NCBI RefSeq assembly: GCF_006345805.1
Contig: NC_043001.1
Location: forward strand, 38,502,001 to 38,566,000
Source of the DNA: Octopus sinensis
Lineage: Eukaryota
Length of the DNA stretch: 64,000 nucleotides
Direction: 5' to 3'
Of this stretch, positions 29,554 to 43,818 are shown one piece after another. The position numbers were made by a program, and so were the translations under genes. Numbering within the stretch: position 1 is the stretch's first letter; each line of letters starts with the position of its first letter. Under the pieces are notes generated by a model, which had not been told where the DNA came from, did not search any database, and was given only the letters and a program-made list of their open reading frames with translations.

Positions 29554-31991
29554 CACTAGTCAACAAAAATTAAGTTACAGAAGACCAAATAAGTGTTCCT
29601 AGCTAATTTCGGTATGCTGATTTCAAATCTATAATTAGATTTTATCTATCACATCTAGATTTTGTGTAAAATGCGAATCATTTAGGAATATTTCCTACCA
29701 CGTCCAGATATGGGTTTCAATCGGCTTAATGCTAATTACCTGAAACTTACTTTTCAAGGTTAAAGCAATTTTTGTTTGCTAACTTCTAACGATTTTGATC
29801 AATAAAATTTATCCCAAGTTGGCATCATAGTAATAGCTCGTACTAAGGTGTGTATTTCATCTTATTTTGTACATTGTAATTATTACTTTCTACATTTTTT
29901 TCAGATATTGTATGGTAATTAAAACGCAGTCAAACAGACGTGCTTGTAAATCCCACAAACAACTTCTGCTAAATACCTAAGCCAGAACGTAGTCTAAACC
30001 ACAACGTAGGAACATAACAAAATATTAAACCTGCCTACAAGTATTAATTTTGACTGTAAGTCAGGAGACCAAGAGAGGGACTAGGCTCCACATATTTGCT
30101 GTGCACAGTGCAATGCTATGTTAATAGATTGGATGAATTGTAAAAGAAAGGCTATGCCATTCTTAGTCACCACGGTTTGACGTGAGCCGAAAAATCACTT
30201 CAGTGATTGTTATTTTTGTTTCACAAAGATTGCTGCTTTCACAAAAAAACAAAACAAAGGAAAAAAGAAAAAAAACAAATCAGAAACTATGTACCAGTTC
30301 TACATGATGAAATAAATCCGCCACCAGTTCCATCAGCAACGACAACAGACAACAGTTCATCTGAAGATTCTGATAGTGATATAGACATAGGGAAAGATGG
30401 TATATACTTTCCAGATGTAACTATTTCCCCATATTTGTTAAGTCAAGCGGTGTTAAATGACTTAGAGAGCGATTTGGAATTACCAAAAGAAAAGGCAAAA
30501 ATTGTTTGGTTCCAGACTTCAAGAATGGAATTTTCTCCAACCAAACACCAAAGTTTCCCATTTCCACCTTCGCCATTTGCAGTTTTCATCATTTTACTCA
30601 CAGGAAGAAAGCGTTTGTTTCTGCCATGATATCAGTGACCTGATGGAAAGGATTAGTTTTCCCTATGATCTAAAAGAATGGAGACTGTTCATTGACTCTA
30701 GTAAAGCTAACCTTCAAGCAGCTGTATTGCTGCACGATGGCAATGGAAAACCTGCAATACCTGTTGTACATGCTACTGGCCTTAATGAGACTTTTAAATC
30801 AATGGAACTATTGCTAAGACTCATCAAATATGAGGACCACATATGTAATATTTGTGGTGACCTTAGAGTTGTGCCGTTACTTCTTGGGTTACAGTTGGGC
30901 TACACAAAGCATATGTGCTTTTGTGTCTATGTAACAGCAGAGATGACAAGAACTATTACAAAAAACACGACTGGCCGTCTAGAACTGAATATGTTGTTGG
31001 TAAACACAATGTGAGACACCTAGCACTTACTGACCCCCAGAAAGTACATTTTCCACCACTTCACATTAAACTGGGCCTTATGATAATTTTAGTGAAGAGT
31101 ATGGATCATCAAGATAGTGGTTTCCAATATTTAAAGGATAAATTCAATGGAATATTGACAGAAGCTGAGCTAGAAGCTGGAGTTTTCACTGGACCATAGA
31201 TCTGCAGTGTCATCCAGACTCATCGTTTCCATCTAAACTAAATGAGAATGGAATAGGAGTATGGACAGCTTTTGTTGAAACTGCCAAAAATTTTCTTGGA
31301 AACCACAAAGCTGAAAACCACCGCGAACTCGTTAAAAACATGCTTAAATCTTATGAAAATGGTATGCAGAATGTCTTTGAAAATGCATCTTTTACATTCT
31401 CATCTTGACTTCTTTCCGGTCAACCTTGGAGCTGTTAGCGCTTCCACCAACAAATCTCAGTTATAGAAAGCAGATACCAGGGTAATTTCACCCAAATATG
31501 ATGGGAGATTATCGTTGGTTCCTGTAGAAGGAGAGCTCGTCATCCTACAAGTGACAAAGGAAGAAGAAACATCAAAGTTACACTTAAGAACAGGAAGTTG
31601 CCCTTCGGTAGTAACAGCAAAATATTAACGCGCCTTAGGTGAATGGTTGGGTGCAGGGCGTGGTAACTCCGCCAGCGGAATTCTACTGACTGTCTTTAGC
31701 CAGAATAAAGGAGGAAAGACGTCCCTGTATAGTAAGTATTTAAGAAAAGTAGCTCAGACAGAAAAGTAGCTCAGACAACTTTCGTAACAGAACCAGGTGA
31801 GAAAAAATGAAAATAAGGGTTTTCGGTTACACAAAATCTGGACGTGATAGAGAAATTTCGATATCTGATCTGAAATTGGCATCAAACTTTTGGTAGAAAT
31901 CATTAATTTATGTATCTGGATCCATGATGGAATAGATCCTGTATTTGTAACAGACAAAAAAGAAAAAAAAGTTGAAATTTGTTGCCTAGTG
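29554..31991 (+). mobile_element. Full-length but decayed Chapaev3-type (CMC) DNA transposon
   Basis: Termini CACTAGTCAACAAAAATT / AAATTTGTTGCCTAGTG; flanks TGA and TAA (TWA-like TSD with one mismatch); subterminal inverted repeats at 29614-29667 and 31829-31883. Transposase motifs DCYFC, LFIDSSK..L.AVLLH.GN, ICGDL.VV.LLLGLQ.GYTKH.CF, PPLHIKLGLM, MSLKMHLLHSHLDFFP.NLGAVS. Confidence 0.85.
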
Positions 31992-32263
31992 TAATCAACC
32001 AACACATAAACATACACACAAAGAAATAAACTTGGAGTTACATACACCTGCGCCACAACATTCACAACACAGAGAGACAACAGCGAAAGGAAAAAGAAAC
32101 AATTATATGCACAGCATTTGATTAACAGTTACAATGATGCACAAACTATATATTGGATCCATCATGGACCATGCTATACGTATGTAGGCATTCAGTTCTC
32201 CACAGCACACCTCAATAAACTACAAAGTATACAAAACATCACATTAAGAATCAACACAGGTTG

Positions 32264-32352
<89 letters not shown>

Positions 32353-32353
32353 C

Positions 32354-32421
<68 letters not shown>

Positions 32422-33051
32422 GTCTGTCTATCAATTTATCTGTCTGTTTGTCGGTTTGTCTGCCTGTCTGTCTGTGTATGTATGTGTGTATGTGTGCGTG
32501 TGTGTTTGCTTATATAAAATCCAGAGCTCTAGTAAAACAACATCCTAAAAACATCTTTTCCTCTCAGCGCAGATAATTATGAATACACGCGCGCGCAGAC
32601 CCCCCCCCCCGGTCAACAGTTGCAACATCAATAGCCTCACCAGCTTGTGAAGCCGCTATGCTTGGACACGCGCGACCGTCAGTAACTGCAGACGACCAGC
32701 AACTGCCTCGCACTAATTCTCTACCCTTTACCGTGACCATCAACAGAATGTCCAGGAAAACAGAAACTGACTGGACATTGGAGAAAGTGCCATATATCTT
32801 AATTGCTGTACTGCACCCTTGCAACTCATCACTACCTGTTGGAGTGTGCAGTAGTATTGTTCCTCATCTAGGCGGGGCCGTGGTATGACTTGGAAGATAG
32901 ATCAGTGGGTTGCACCTCGAAATTTAAACTATTTACTCATCTGCATGTCTTCTGTATTTGTGTTGTGCGTGTGTGTTGTGCATGTATTGTGTATGTACCT
33001 GCATTCCCCTTGACAAAGACAGAAAGAATCATCTAATCTTTCTAAAACACG

Positions 33052-33130
<79 letters not shown>

Positions 33131-33369
33131 ACACAATAAGATTTTCAAGATCCAAAAGAATCAGGTAGTTAAATAGTAAAAGCACCTAGGTAGAGTCTGG
33201 GATAGCGCACCTGTGTGCCGACGGTGTATACTGATATTACGTACTTACTAAAGTAAATACGGATTTGTCCTTCCAGTTACGCACACATCCACAAGTACTC
33301 GCTGAACACACAATATGCCATCAGAGTCACACAGGGTACACTCACTGCACATATTCCACAATCTACTAC

Positions 33370-33725
33370 GGACTTCAGGTCCAAACGTATGATAAGAAGC
33401 TTGCTTCCCAACCACATGTATCTGGGTTCATTCTCACTCTCGTGGCACCTTGCAGAAGTGTCTCCTACAGCAGCCTCGGGTTGACCAAAGCCTTTGTGAG
33501 TGGATTTGGTAAGCGGAAACTGAAAGAAGCCTGTCGTATATATTTGTATGTTTATGTGTGCATGTCTTTGTGGCTGTGTTTTCCCTCCCCCATCACCGCT
33601 TGACAACCGGTTGGTGTGTTCATGTCCCGTAACTTAGTGATTCAGCAAAGGGATCGATAGAATAAATACTAGCCTTTAAAAATGAAAAATAAGTTCCAGG
33701 ATCAATTTGTTCGACTAAAAAACCT
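33370..33725 (+). mobile_element. tRNA-derived SINE copy
   Basis: Same family as 27425-27818, in the opposite orientation. Confidence 0.7.
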
Positions 33726-34089
33726 TTCCCGCAGTCAAATCACTGAAACAAGATAAACGATAAAAGATAAATCTCTATGATATATAGATATATATATATA
33801 TACAGGTGGTGGCGAATCCTGCTTTACTCTTTCACCACAACTTTCTCTCACTCTTTCTTTCTGTTTCTGCTGTACCCGTATTTCAAAGGGCCAGCCTTGT
33901 CACACTCTGTGTCACGCTGAATCTCCCCGAGAACTACGTTAAGGGTACACGTGTCTATGGAGTGCTCAGCCACTTACACGTTAATTTCACGAGCAGGCTG
34001 TTCCGTTTATCTGATCAACTGGAACATTCGTCGTCGTAACCGACGGAGTACCATCAACAACAACAACAACAACAATATATAGGTGCATG

Positions 34090-34535
34090 CATGGGGGCGG
34101 TAAGGAGTTTGCTTCCCAACCACACGGTTCCGGTCTCAGTCCCACTGCGTGTTACCTTGGGCAAATGTCTTCTACTACAGACTCAGGCCGACCAAAAACT
34201 TGTAAGTGGATTTGGGAGACGGAGACTGAAAGTGGCCATCTTATATACATACATACATACATACGCACACAGACACACACATACACACATATACGCACAC
34301 ATATGTGTGTGTATCTTTGTGTCTGTGTTGTTTCTCCCCACCCCACACACACTCCCCGCTTCACAACCGGTGCCGGTGTGTTTATGTTCCAGTAAATTAG
34401 CAGTTCGGCAAAAGAGACCGATAAAATAAATACCAGACTCAAAAACAAGTACCGGGTTCGATTCGTTCGACTAAAATTCTGCAAGGCCGTGCCCCAGCAT
34501 GGCCGCAGTCTAATGACTGAAACTAGTAACAGATA
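34090..34535 (+). mobile_element. tRNA-derived SINE copy
   Basis: Same family: head ggtaaggagtttgcttcccaacc..., tail ...ggccgcagtctaatgactgaaac. Confidence 0.75.
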
Positions 34536-34560
34536 ATGTTTACATATATGTTGAAATGAC

Positions 34561-34607
<47 letters not shown>

Positions 34608-34644
34608 GTATATGTATGTTGTGTCATTTCAACACGCGTCGAAG

Positions 34645-34695
<51 letters not shown>

Positions 34696-35145
34696 AGAAA
34701 GAGAGAGGGAAGGGGGGAGACAATGTGTGTGTGTGTAGGAGTGTGTGTGGGTGCAGGTATAAATGTGCGAGAGCATGAAAAGAATAAAGAGAAATAGTTT
34801 GAAACCGTTGCCTTCACCAACCCTTCTTCCCCCCTCCCCCTATCTCTCTCACTTCTTTTCCCTCCTCCTTCTCTCTTTCTCTCTCTCTTACTCCAACCGT
34901 CAACACTGACCAATTGCTGGCCTCTGCACTTGAAATATGAACCAACCACTCCGTATAAAAGCAAGCAGAATTTGCGAACCGCAATTCACTCGAAGACTGG
35001 GCAAGCAAGAAACCATAAAAAAAGAAAAAAAGTATTGTTTCTCTCTTTGTTGATTTTTTTTTTCTGCCCTTTACCTATCCCAAACACAATAGCATGACAA
35101 TTAACATACAGCGCACACATATTTAAAAGCGCGCATGCACACGCA

Positions 35146-35177
<32 letters not shown>

Positions 35178-35193
35178 CACCACACACACACAC

Positions 35194-35226
<33 letters not shown>

Positions 35227-35368
35227 ATGTAAGCTCACACACAAATACATATCCCTTCACCCCTCTTTCATCGTCAGCTATTTCTAATTCAATTAATAGT
35301 ATTATTCCCATTTTATTCCCTAAACATTGATGCTTTTTACGCTCATCCACTCGCTTTAATAACTGCTA

Positions 35369-35474
<106 letters not shown>

Positions 35475-35536
35475 ACATACATACACACACGCATATATAT
35501 ATGTGTATGTATACATGCATATATGTATGTGCATAA

Positions 35537-35578
<42 letters not shown>

Positions 35579-35908
35579 TATACATATACATATATATATA
35601 CAATATAAATATTCATACCTCTGTATGTATATGTTACTATGCATGTTAGTATGTATGTGTATGTGAACTAAATATATATATCTCTACGCGTGTAGGTCAC
35701 ACACACACACACACACGCACGCACACATACACACTCACGTCTATATACACATAACCCCACACGTAGGGAGGCACGCTTTTTGTTGACACACATACAAACA
35801 TATAGCTATTTGTTTATACATATACATTGACAATGAACACCTACTATCGCACAATCGGTTAGCCGGCTTCTGCAAGGCATATTCGGAGAGAGAGAGAGAG
35901 AGCGAGCG

Positions 35909-35986
<78 letters not shown>

Positions 35987-36062
35987 GATGGTGTGTATGT
36001 GGGTGTGTGAATGTTTATGTGAGAGAGAAACTGCGTGTATGTGTGTGTGAGAGAGGAGTGAG

Positions 36063-36145
<83 letters not shown>

Positions 36146-36436
36146 CAATAGTAAATAACAGAAACACAGACGTAGAGAAGAGAAACAAGTTGACTGGCAA
36201 ACAGAAACACATGTACATTTAGAGTGACATACTGTGTTGTGCGAAAATTCATATATCTTTGGATCTATTCAGTCATCTGTAAACTATATACCTTGAATTT
36301 CTCATATACATACCACGCACGCACACACGCATGCACACAGGGGCGTACGCACACACACATACGCACACACACATGCACGCACACTGATATCAGTCAATCA
36401 ACCACTCAGTCAACTTATCTATCCATCCATCCATCC

Positions 36437-36555
<119 letters not shown>

Positions 36556-36752
36556 GACCTATCTATCTATCTACCTATCTATCTATCCAGATCAATCAGT
36601 AGGAGCAACTACGACAGTACAGCCGTCAAATCGTCAATACCATTTTACATCAACAAAATTTGCTGGAGATATCAGTTGGAATAAAAATTTTCCTGAGTTT
36701 CGGATTGTTAAACAAAGGTATGTTTATATCTTCACTTTTAAGTTTATGCTCC

Positions 36753-36855
<103 letters not shown>

Positions 36856-37492
36856 GATAAATTAGATACAAAGCAATTACTTGCTTGAGAGGGGTACGAC
36901 CGATGTAATCGAATCCAACATCTTATCGATTCTAGTTTTATTGACCTTTGAGATGATATGGAATTTAAAATGAATTCTCACGGAATTTGGAAACACAACA
37001 GACTGGGCTGAAACTTTAATTCTATAGACATACATAGTCTGGTTCTCTAATTCGTTTATTAAATATAAGGCGGCAAACTGGCTCAATCAATTTTAGGGAA
37101 GAGGCAGTGTTCATCACCTTTTGCAAGGCGTCAGAAACTCGCATTGATCTTCTTGTTTCTTGTTTGGTATAGAACTTCAAGTTTTAGGATAGTAGTATAA
37201 TCGATTTAACTTTACCACTATTGACAGATACTTATATTACCGAATCGGGAAATATGAAATGCAATGTCGTTCTCCGTAGAATTTGAACCCAGAACGTAAA
37301 GGGTCTTAACTAAATAATTCAGAGCATTTTGTCATGCTCTCTACCGTTGCAGTTACTTTGTCATTCTCACTTTCCTGAACTTATTTCAGACTTCAGAACT
37401 TCTCTAAGAATGTTGGGCTTTCTAGTGTTATCAAAAGAAACCAATATATGTCTGCAAAGGAAATAGGTACACATTCTTCCTTCAGAACACAC

Positions 37493-37548
<56 letters not shown>

Positions 37549-38559
37549 TTGTGCGTATTCTTAGTCCATTTGTTGTTCAGCTCTGATCGAACCGATCTAT
37601 AATTAATGGTATTCCAACCATAATCATCCCATCGTATTTTCAAGCATTGTGTATTATTAACTGCATTATTAAACGCGTCCTTCATTGATAAGGCAGTAGA
37701 CTGTTATTTGAGGGAGATTTGGCTGCTATTTGTGGCAGGCCAAATGATCACCTAGAAGCATCTTTACAGTGATGTGTCATCAAAATATATTTTGTTGTCG
37801 TCGTTGTTGTTTACGTTGTTGTCAATCTTGACTAAATAAACCTACGAATAGAGATATTCCAATCTCGACAATTCCGCTTTTTAATTCATAGTGAATTTTA
37901 ATCTACATTATCTCTGCTGTCGTCTTTCCAAGACGTCTGGGCATGACTTGAATACGCTACTATTTTTAGCAGGTCGGAAGCCTATGTAGTGGGTTCCTCA
38001 TTCGTTCAAACTGTGTGTCTTTGTACCTGTTTGTACCATGTTTTTATACAGCAATAACTATATCTGACCAGTCCTCCAAAGCATTTGTCTTGCTGTTTTT
38101 CTTTTTAGTAGCTCCTTTAAATCTTTCTGTATCGGGTGAGGTCCTGATGAGGTCCTAAGCTAAGTAAGCTTGTTAAAAATTTATATCAGAAGTCTCAGAA
38201 AAAAAAAAAGAAAAATGAAGAAGAGGTGTAAATATATACTAATGTGAGACATGCTAGATTCTGAATGTTAGCTTTCTGTCCGGTCTTTTTCTGAGCGCCC
38301 GTGGACTCTGGCAGCAGTTATCTTGAGGTAGGCAGTGTGGGTTCGGCTAAAGCGCAATAATTGCTGTTTCGCTTCCCTGATCGTTGGTTGTGTGCATCCC
38401 AGCATAACGTTTGCGGCTAATAGTATTACTATTTCTACGTTTATGTATTTCTATGTTTCCTTTGGTTGCACGAAAGAAATTATATTTTTAAGATGTAATA
38501 GTGTTCTGGAGTATTGGATAAATTGCTGGTTGTTTGGAGAGGTTTTATTAATGTAGTGA

Positions 38560-41100
38560 CAGGGGTTACAAGTGTTGAAGCTTCATGCAGTAACTAACCT
38601 TTACATGTTCATGCAGTTTTTTTTTCATTTTTAGGAGTTTTGTTTCATTATGTAGATGGTTGTCATTTGTGCACAACTTTTTCAGATGCATAATGCGTTG
38701 TTTTACTCTGTAATTTATTGTTAATTGTTGAAGAGAGAATAGGGCCTCTACTTAGGACTGGTATTATTCAATATTAATCTAATGTTGCTGTTTGTTTCTG
38801 TTGGGTAAATGTGAAACATGCGGTTGCTTTAAGAATATTTGAACATCGTTCCCTTTTCTTCTTCATGTCTTCTATGCATGTTGTGAATGTTGTGGGGATA
38901 GATTTAACTCATAATATTTTTGATTTCTGTGTGTATAGGTATGGGATATGGTTACATTATTAAGTGTGATGGTTGATTGTATTTCTTTTTCTCTGGTGCT
39001 GGCGAGAAGGAAGACTGAATTTAGTAGGTGCTGCTTTAAGTCTACTGTAAGGGCACCAGGTCTGTAGGTTATTTATGTAGAGTTGAAGTATTTGTGCAAC
39101 GGATGTGAGTGCGATGTAACGTGCATAAACAGTTGTTTGCGTGTTTTTTGGAGGTATAGGAAGGTCCTATAGATATTGGCTGAAAAAACTGGGTAAGATA
39201 ACTGAACATTGTGGTACTCCGATTGGGAGTTTTCAGACAAGTAGTTACTAGCCAATGTTTTGTGTTGTTTCTTAATGTAACATGAGTATATTTTGTGTAA
39301 GTGGATAATGCAAAAAAAAAGAAGAAAAAAAGTCGAAAGTTTCGAAGATTCAATGACAGTTTAAACAGTACCTTAGAGAGGTTTTTGTTGTTGGAGCTAT
39401 CACGCATTTTCTGGTAGGTTTTTAAAGAAGTATGGTAGTTGAGCGTCGTAACTTGAATTCGTGTTTTGGTTAAGAGAGGGAGATATGTTGGTTAGTGACA
39501 TTAAGAATTGGGTTTTTGAGGGTAAACATAGTAGGGTAATGCATCGGTATCATTTTGCACAACTTTCATATTCTGGAAAGTTGAAAGTTAGAGATGTTTA
39601 TGTGCGTAATGATTTCTTTAGGCCTTAAGGGGTTTATATGTACGGTTCTGATGTTGCTTGACCCTGAAACTTTTGAGTTCTCAAATTTCCCTATTGATTT
39701 TTTGCTAATCTAATGGAGAGAATTGAAAGTTAGGATTTATATATGTTTTTGTTTTCTGTTCCCGTATTTTACGTGGTTTTTAGTGGCTGATTTTCGGAAG
39801 TTGTCGGATAAGTTTGTTTGCTTGGTGTTGCGAAGTGGGTATTTAATTTGAGATTATTATGACCTCTGAAAGGACGGAAAACCGGGAGAATTGTTAACGT
39901 GTCGGACCCAATGCTTAGCAACATTTCGTCTGTCTCTACGCTTTGAATTCGAGTTCCATGCCTTTCATCCTTTCAGGGTCGATAAAATAAGTACTAGTTG
40001 GACACTGAAGTCGATGTAATAGACCAGCCCCCTCCTCATTTGTCTATAGTAGAAAATATTATTATGCCTTGGGAAAGGAAGCGAGCTGACAAGATGGTGA
40101 GCTGGTAGAAACGTTAGCACTCCGGGCGAAATGCATAGTAGTATTTTGTCTGTCTTTACGTTCTGAGTTCGACTTTGCCTTTCATCTTTTCGGGGTCGAT
40201 AAATTAAGTAACAGTTGCGTACTGGGGTCGAGCTAATCAACTGGATCCCTCCCCCAAAATTTCGGGCTTTGTCCCAAGAGTAGAAAAGAATCGTTAGAGC
40301 ATGCTTAGCGGTATTTCTCCCGGCTCTTTACGTTTTAAGTTCAAATACTACCGATGTCAGCTAAGCTTTTGATCCTTTCGGTGTCCGTAAAATCAAGTAT
40401 GAGGGTCAATATAATCGATTTGCTCTTCTTTCAAACTTGATGGCCTTGTGCCAAATTTTGAAGGAATTGTTACGGTATGGGAGTGTGGTGTGATCGCTGT
40501 TGATGGTGTTGTAGATGATGCTGTGGCTAACTAACCTATGTAGTATATTTGGTTTATGCAATACACATAGTTCGATGTTTTTCCATGGTTTTTTTCTTCT
40601 TAGTTTTTTGCTCATTTAATTGTTTAATGTCGAATTTTATTTCAGTTTAATGTGATGTTGGTGTATTATGCTTGTAGTTGGTTTTGGTTTTTAAGAGGTT
40701 GGCTACAATTGAAGTATAATGGGTTTGTATGTATATGTTACCTCGTGAAACGTTTTTCAAATGTCTGTAATTATTTGCTTGAATATACACACTACAGTGT
40801 CAAGCTTGATGATTGTGGTTTTATTGACTTTTGAAAACTTTAATTCTGTTCTTGACGTAACTTGTTCCACTGTGCTTTTTTTGAAGTTTATAAAATACTT
40901 TTTACTTTATTTGGGAAAAGTTGTTTTAGTTAGCTTGGTGAGATATGTGTGGATTGCTTAGGATTCAAAAGAAGTTTAGCAACGATGCCATTGTGTGATT
41001 ATGTTACCCCTTGTACTATCTGGATTATTTGAATAACAAGTTTACTGAGGTCTTCCGCAAAGATGGTGTTTGTTAACGCTTAAGATGTTTCTTGAAGCTG
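38560..41100 (-). mobile_element. Old I/Jockey-group LINE (endonuclease and RT remnants) interrupted by a SINE cluster
   Basis: Minus strand: NSDH (endonuclease end, ~40490), then an RT thumb ITLNNVTI...KIL...R.NILKATA..F.QQK (~38800-38990). A related fragment LNKLQSIQNITLRINTGC is at 32210-32265 (+). Confidence 0.5.
39890..40410 (+). mobile_element. Three tandem copies of a Nin/Deu-domain-like SINE
   Basis: Repeated core gcctttcatcctttc(g/a)gggtcgataaa..aagta at ~39960, ~40178 and ~40368, each preceded by gaaatgcttagc-type heads. Confidence 0.7.
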
Positions 41101-41121
41101 GAGGTGGTATATGTAAAGGTA

Positions 41122-41195
<74 letters not shown>

Positions 41196-41196
41196 G

Positions 41197-41250
<54 letters not shown>

Positions 41251-41729
41251 TATTTTATATATGTATGAATGTATGTGTGTGTGCGTGCACTTCGCGCGGT
41301 TGTATTTCTACTTTCTTCGTCCATTAGTTTATGAGTGTCATTTTTGATATCTATAGATTAAATAGAAATACTGTCAGCCGTTGTGAAAGGGCCTGTCTTG
41401 TCTGACCTAAGTGTAATTTGGAATACTAGGTATTCTCTGCATAGCGTTACGAATGCTTCTTGAATTATTCCTATGTCAGCATTGTTCGTGATGATAAAGT
41501 CTTTTAATCTCATAGGGCTATTTTAATCCCCTTATTGTAGTTGTATTGTAGAATTTTAAAATATTTTGAGTTGTATTTGCAAAGTTTATTTTTTGTATGG
41601 GTCATATATTGATAAATATATTCTGAGTGCTACAGTGACGTTGGAAAGACGTATAACGAAAGAATTTCCTGTCTTCACCGTTTATGATCTTGTAATTGGT
41701 ATTAATTCTGTAGAAACATGTAACTTTTG

Positions 41730-42165
41730 TCTTTTATCTTTTAAGAGTTTTAGTCATCAGACTGCAACCATGCTGGGGCATCGCCTTGAAGAATTCTACT
41801 CGAACGAATCGACCCCAGTAGCTATTTTTGAAAGCCTGGTACTTATTTTATTGGTCTGTCTTGCCGAACGGCTAAGTTACGGGGGACATAAACACACCAA
41901 CACTGGTTGTGAAACTGTGGCGGGGGACAAACACAAATCCACATACGCCCCCCCAACACAAATACACACACATACACAGAGACGGATACACACACATACA
42001 TACGCGTGCGCGCGCGACAGGCTTCTTTCTGTTTCCGTCAACAAAATCCTCTCACAAGGCTTTGATCGGTCCAAGGCTATAGTAGAAGACACTTGCCCAA
42101 GGTGCCACATAGTGAGACTGAACTCAGAACCATGTGGTTGGGAAATAAACGTCTTACCATACAGC
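41730..42165 (-). mobile_element. tRNA-derived SINE copy
   Basis: Same family as 27425-27818. Confidence 0.75.
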
Positions 42166-42540
42166 CTTGTTTGGTGAATATTTTGTTGACTTAGTAAGAC
42201 ATTTATTTATACATGTTTTACGGTTCACTTTGCACTGATTTATAGCTTCACGCTTACCGACGACGTCCGCACATATTGGTAACATATTTCTGTATCGAAA
42301 AAACAGAAAACAGAAAAATCATTGTTTCTCTCTCTTTTTGTTCTGACTTATTAGTATTAGTATTAGTATTAGTTTATCTGTGCTTTTAACCATTGCCGCG
42401 GCTATTGGTATTTGAACTACAATTTTTTGCATGTTAAACGACTGGATGGAAGCTTTCCTTGTTTGTATACTAGTTACCAGGAAGTGAACTGATTTCTCTT
42501 TGGGTAAAGCCTTTCATTGGAATTGTCTCGTTATCACGGT

Positions 42541-42586
42541 TCAGTTACATCTTCAGCAGATTTGTGTAGTGTCGTTTTTGGTAAGT
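42541..42586 (+). promoter_or_regulatory. Possible Inr plus short non-coding first exon ending at a strong splice donor
   Basis: TCAGTT at 42541 and TG|GTAAGT donor at 42580/42581, upstream of the signal-peptide exon. Supported by motifs only. Confidence 0.25.
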
Positions 42587-43226
42587 CTTGCGAATATCGA
42601 AAAGGAAGCATATTTTCAGTGATAAAACAAAACTCCAAATTTACCCCCACCCACCTAGTCCTCTCTTCATAATTTATGCATTACAGAATAGTGTAAGTTA
42701 ATCTACCAGCACTTCACATTTTGACGCAGTCTGAAAGAAATGAGAAACTGTGAGCGTGAAACCTGTTTCTTTTGCCTATATTTTATTTCTAGTACAATGA
42801 AGCGACAAATTTAATCGAATGTAAAGCATTAAAGCATATTATTGAATTGTAACATATTGTCAAGCTGCTAACAAGCCTGGGTTAATTATTGTGATATCGT
42901 TAATAATCCCTACTTTGACACAAGGTCAACTATTGTAGGGGTGCAACATTAGTGATCGAATCGAATCTATATTTGGTTACTTGCCCTAATTTCAGTGAGC
43001 TCCAAACCGACACCTCATTAGCTCCATAAAATAAAGCCTAGATTTGAACTCGAAAGAGATGAATTTATATACAGAAATATATCAAGTATCCGGGATACAT
43101 TCACCACAATATGAAAACGCTGACATTGATGCAAGGTGAACTTATTTACTTGAGGTTTCAAACGGGATTTTCCCACTATATCATGGGGATGTTGGAGTAT
43201 AGACCTAGAACATTTCACACACACCA

Positions 43227-43278
<52 letters not shown>

Positions 43279-43324
43279 ACACACACACACACAATCTACA
43301 CCATACTTGTAGCACATAAGTGTG

Positions 43325-43366
<42 letters not shown>

Positions 43367-43451
43367 TATTAGAGACAAACCACTATTTTGCAAAACAAAC
43401 AAGGAAATACTTATCAATACATAAAATTTTAATAAATAGTCAAAAAAACCG

Positions 43452-43494
43452 CCACTACAATCGTTTCTTGTCTTGATCGACAATCTTCAGGTGG
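43452..43494 (-). ncRNA. Minimal type I hammerhead ribozyme (mirror copy)
   Basis: Exact reverse complement of 43544-43586. Confidence 0.8.
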
Positions 43495-43543
43495 ACTTCC
43501 AATATTCAGTGTCAAATTAATTTGACACTGAATTATTGGAAGT

Positions 43544-43586
43544 CCACCTGAAGATTGTCGATCAAGACAAGAAACGATTGTAGTGG
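43544..43586 (+). ncRNA. Minimal type I hammerhead ribozyme
   Basis: CCAC-CTGAAGA-TTGTC(gatcaa)GACAA-GAAAC(gatt)GTA^GTGG: intact core, 4-bp stem I, 5-bp stem II, 2-bp stem III; predicted cleavage after 43582. Confidence 0.8.
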
Positions 43587-43766
43587 CGGTTTTTTTGACT
43601 ATTTATTAAAATTTTATGTATTGATAAGTATTTCCTTGTTTGTTTTGCAAAATAGTGGTTTTGTCTCTAATAATATTTTATAATATTTACTATAAAATTG
43701 GATTTAATCCTAAATCTGATTTTTTCCCTGTAAATTTGGATTTATTCCCTAATATTTATTATATAT

Positions 43767-43818
<52 letters not shown>

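Larger units (their letters stand above)
43357..43760. mobile_element. Spacer-less palindrome (43357-43682, ~162-bp arms) of a hammerhead-bearing non-autonomous element, plus an unpaired tail
   Basis: Centre caaattaatttg at 43513-43524; the arms differ by about two 1-nt indels. The tail ataaaattggatttaatcctaaatctgatttttt is shared with ~50692-50750. Confidence 0.85.

Noticed and set aside
32570-32890. GC-rich segment with HHYLLEC and TAD..L motifs (I-clade LINE 3' end?)
   Set aside because: Too short and degenerate to call.
38143-38170. CTGATGAGGTCC motif
   Set aside because: No downstream GAAA or stems.
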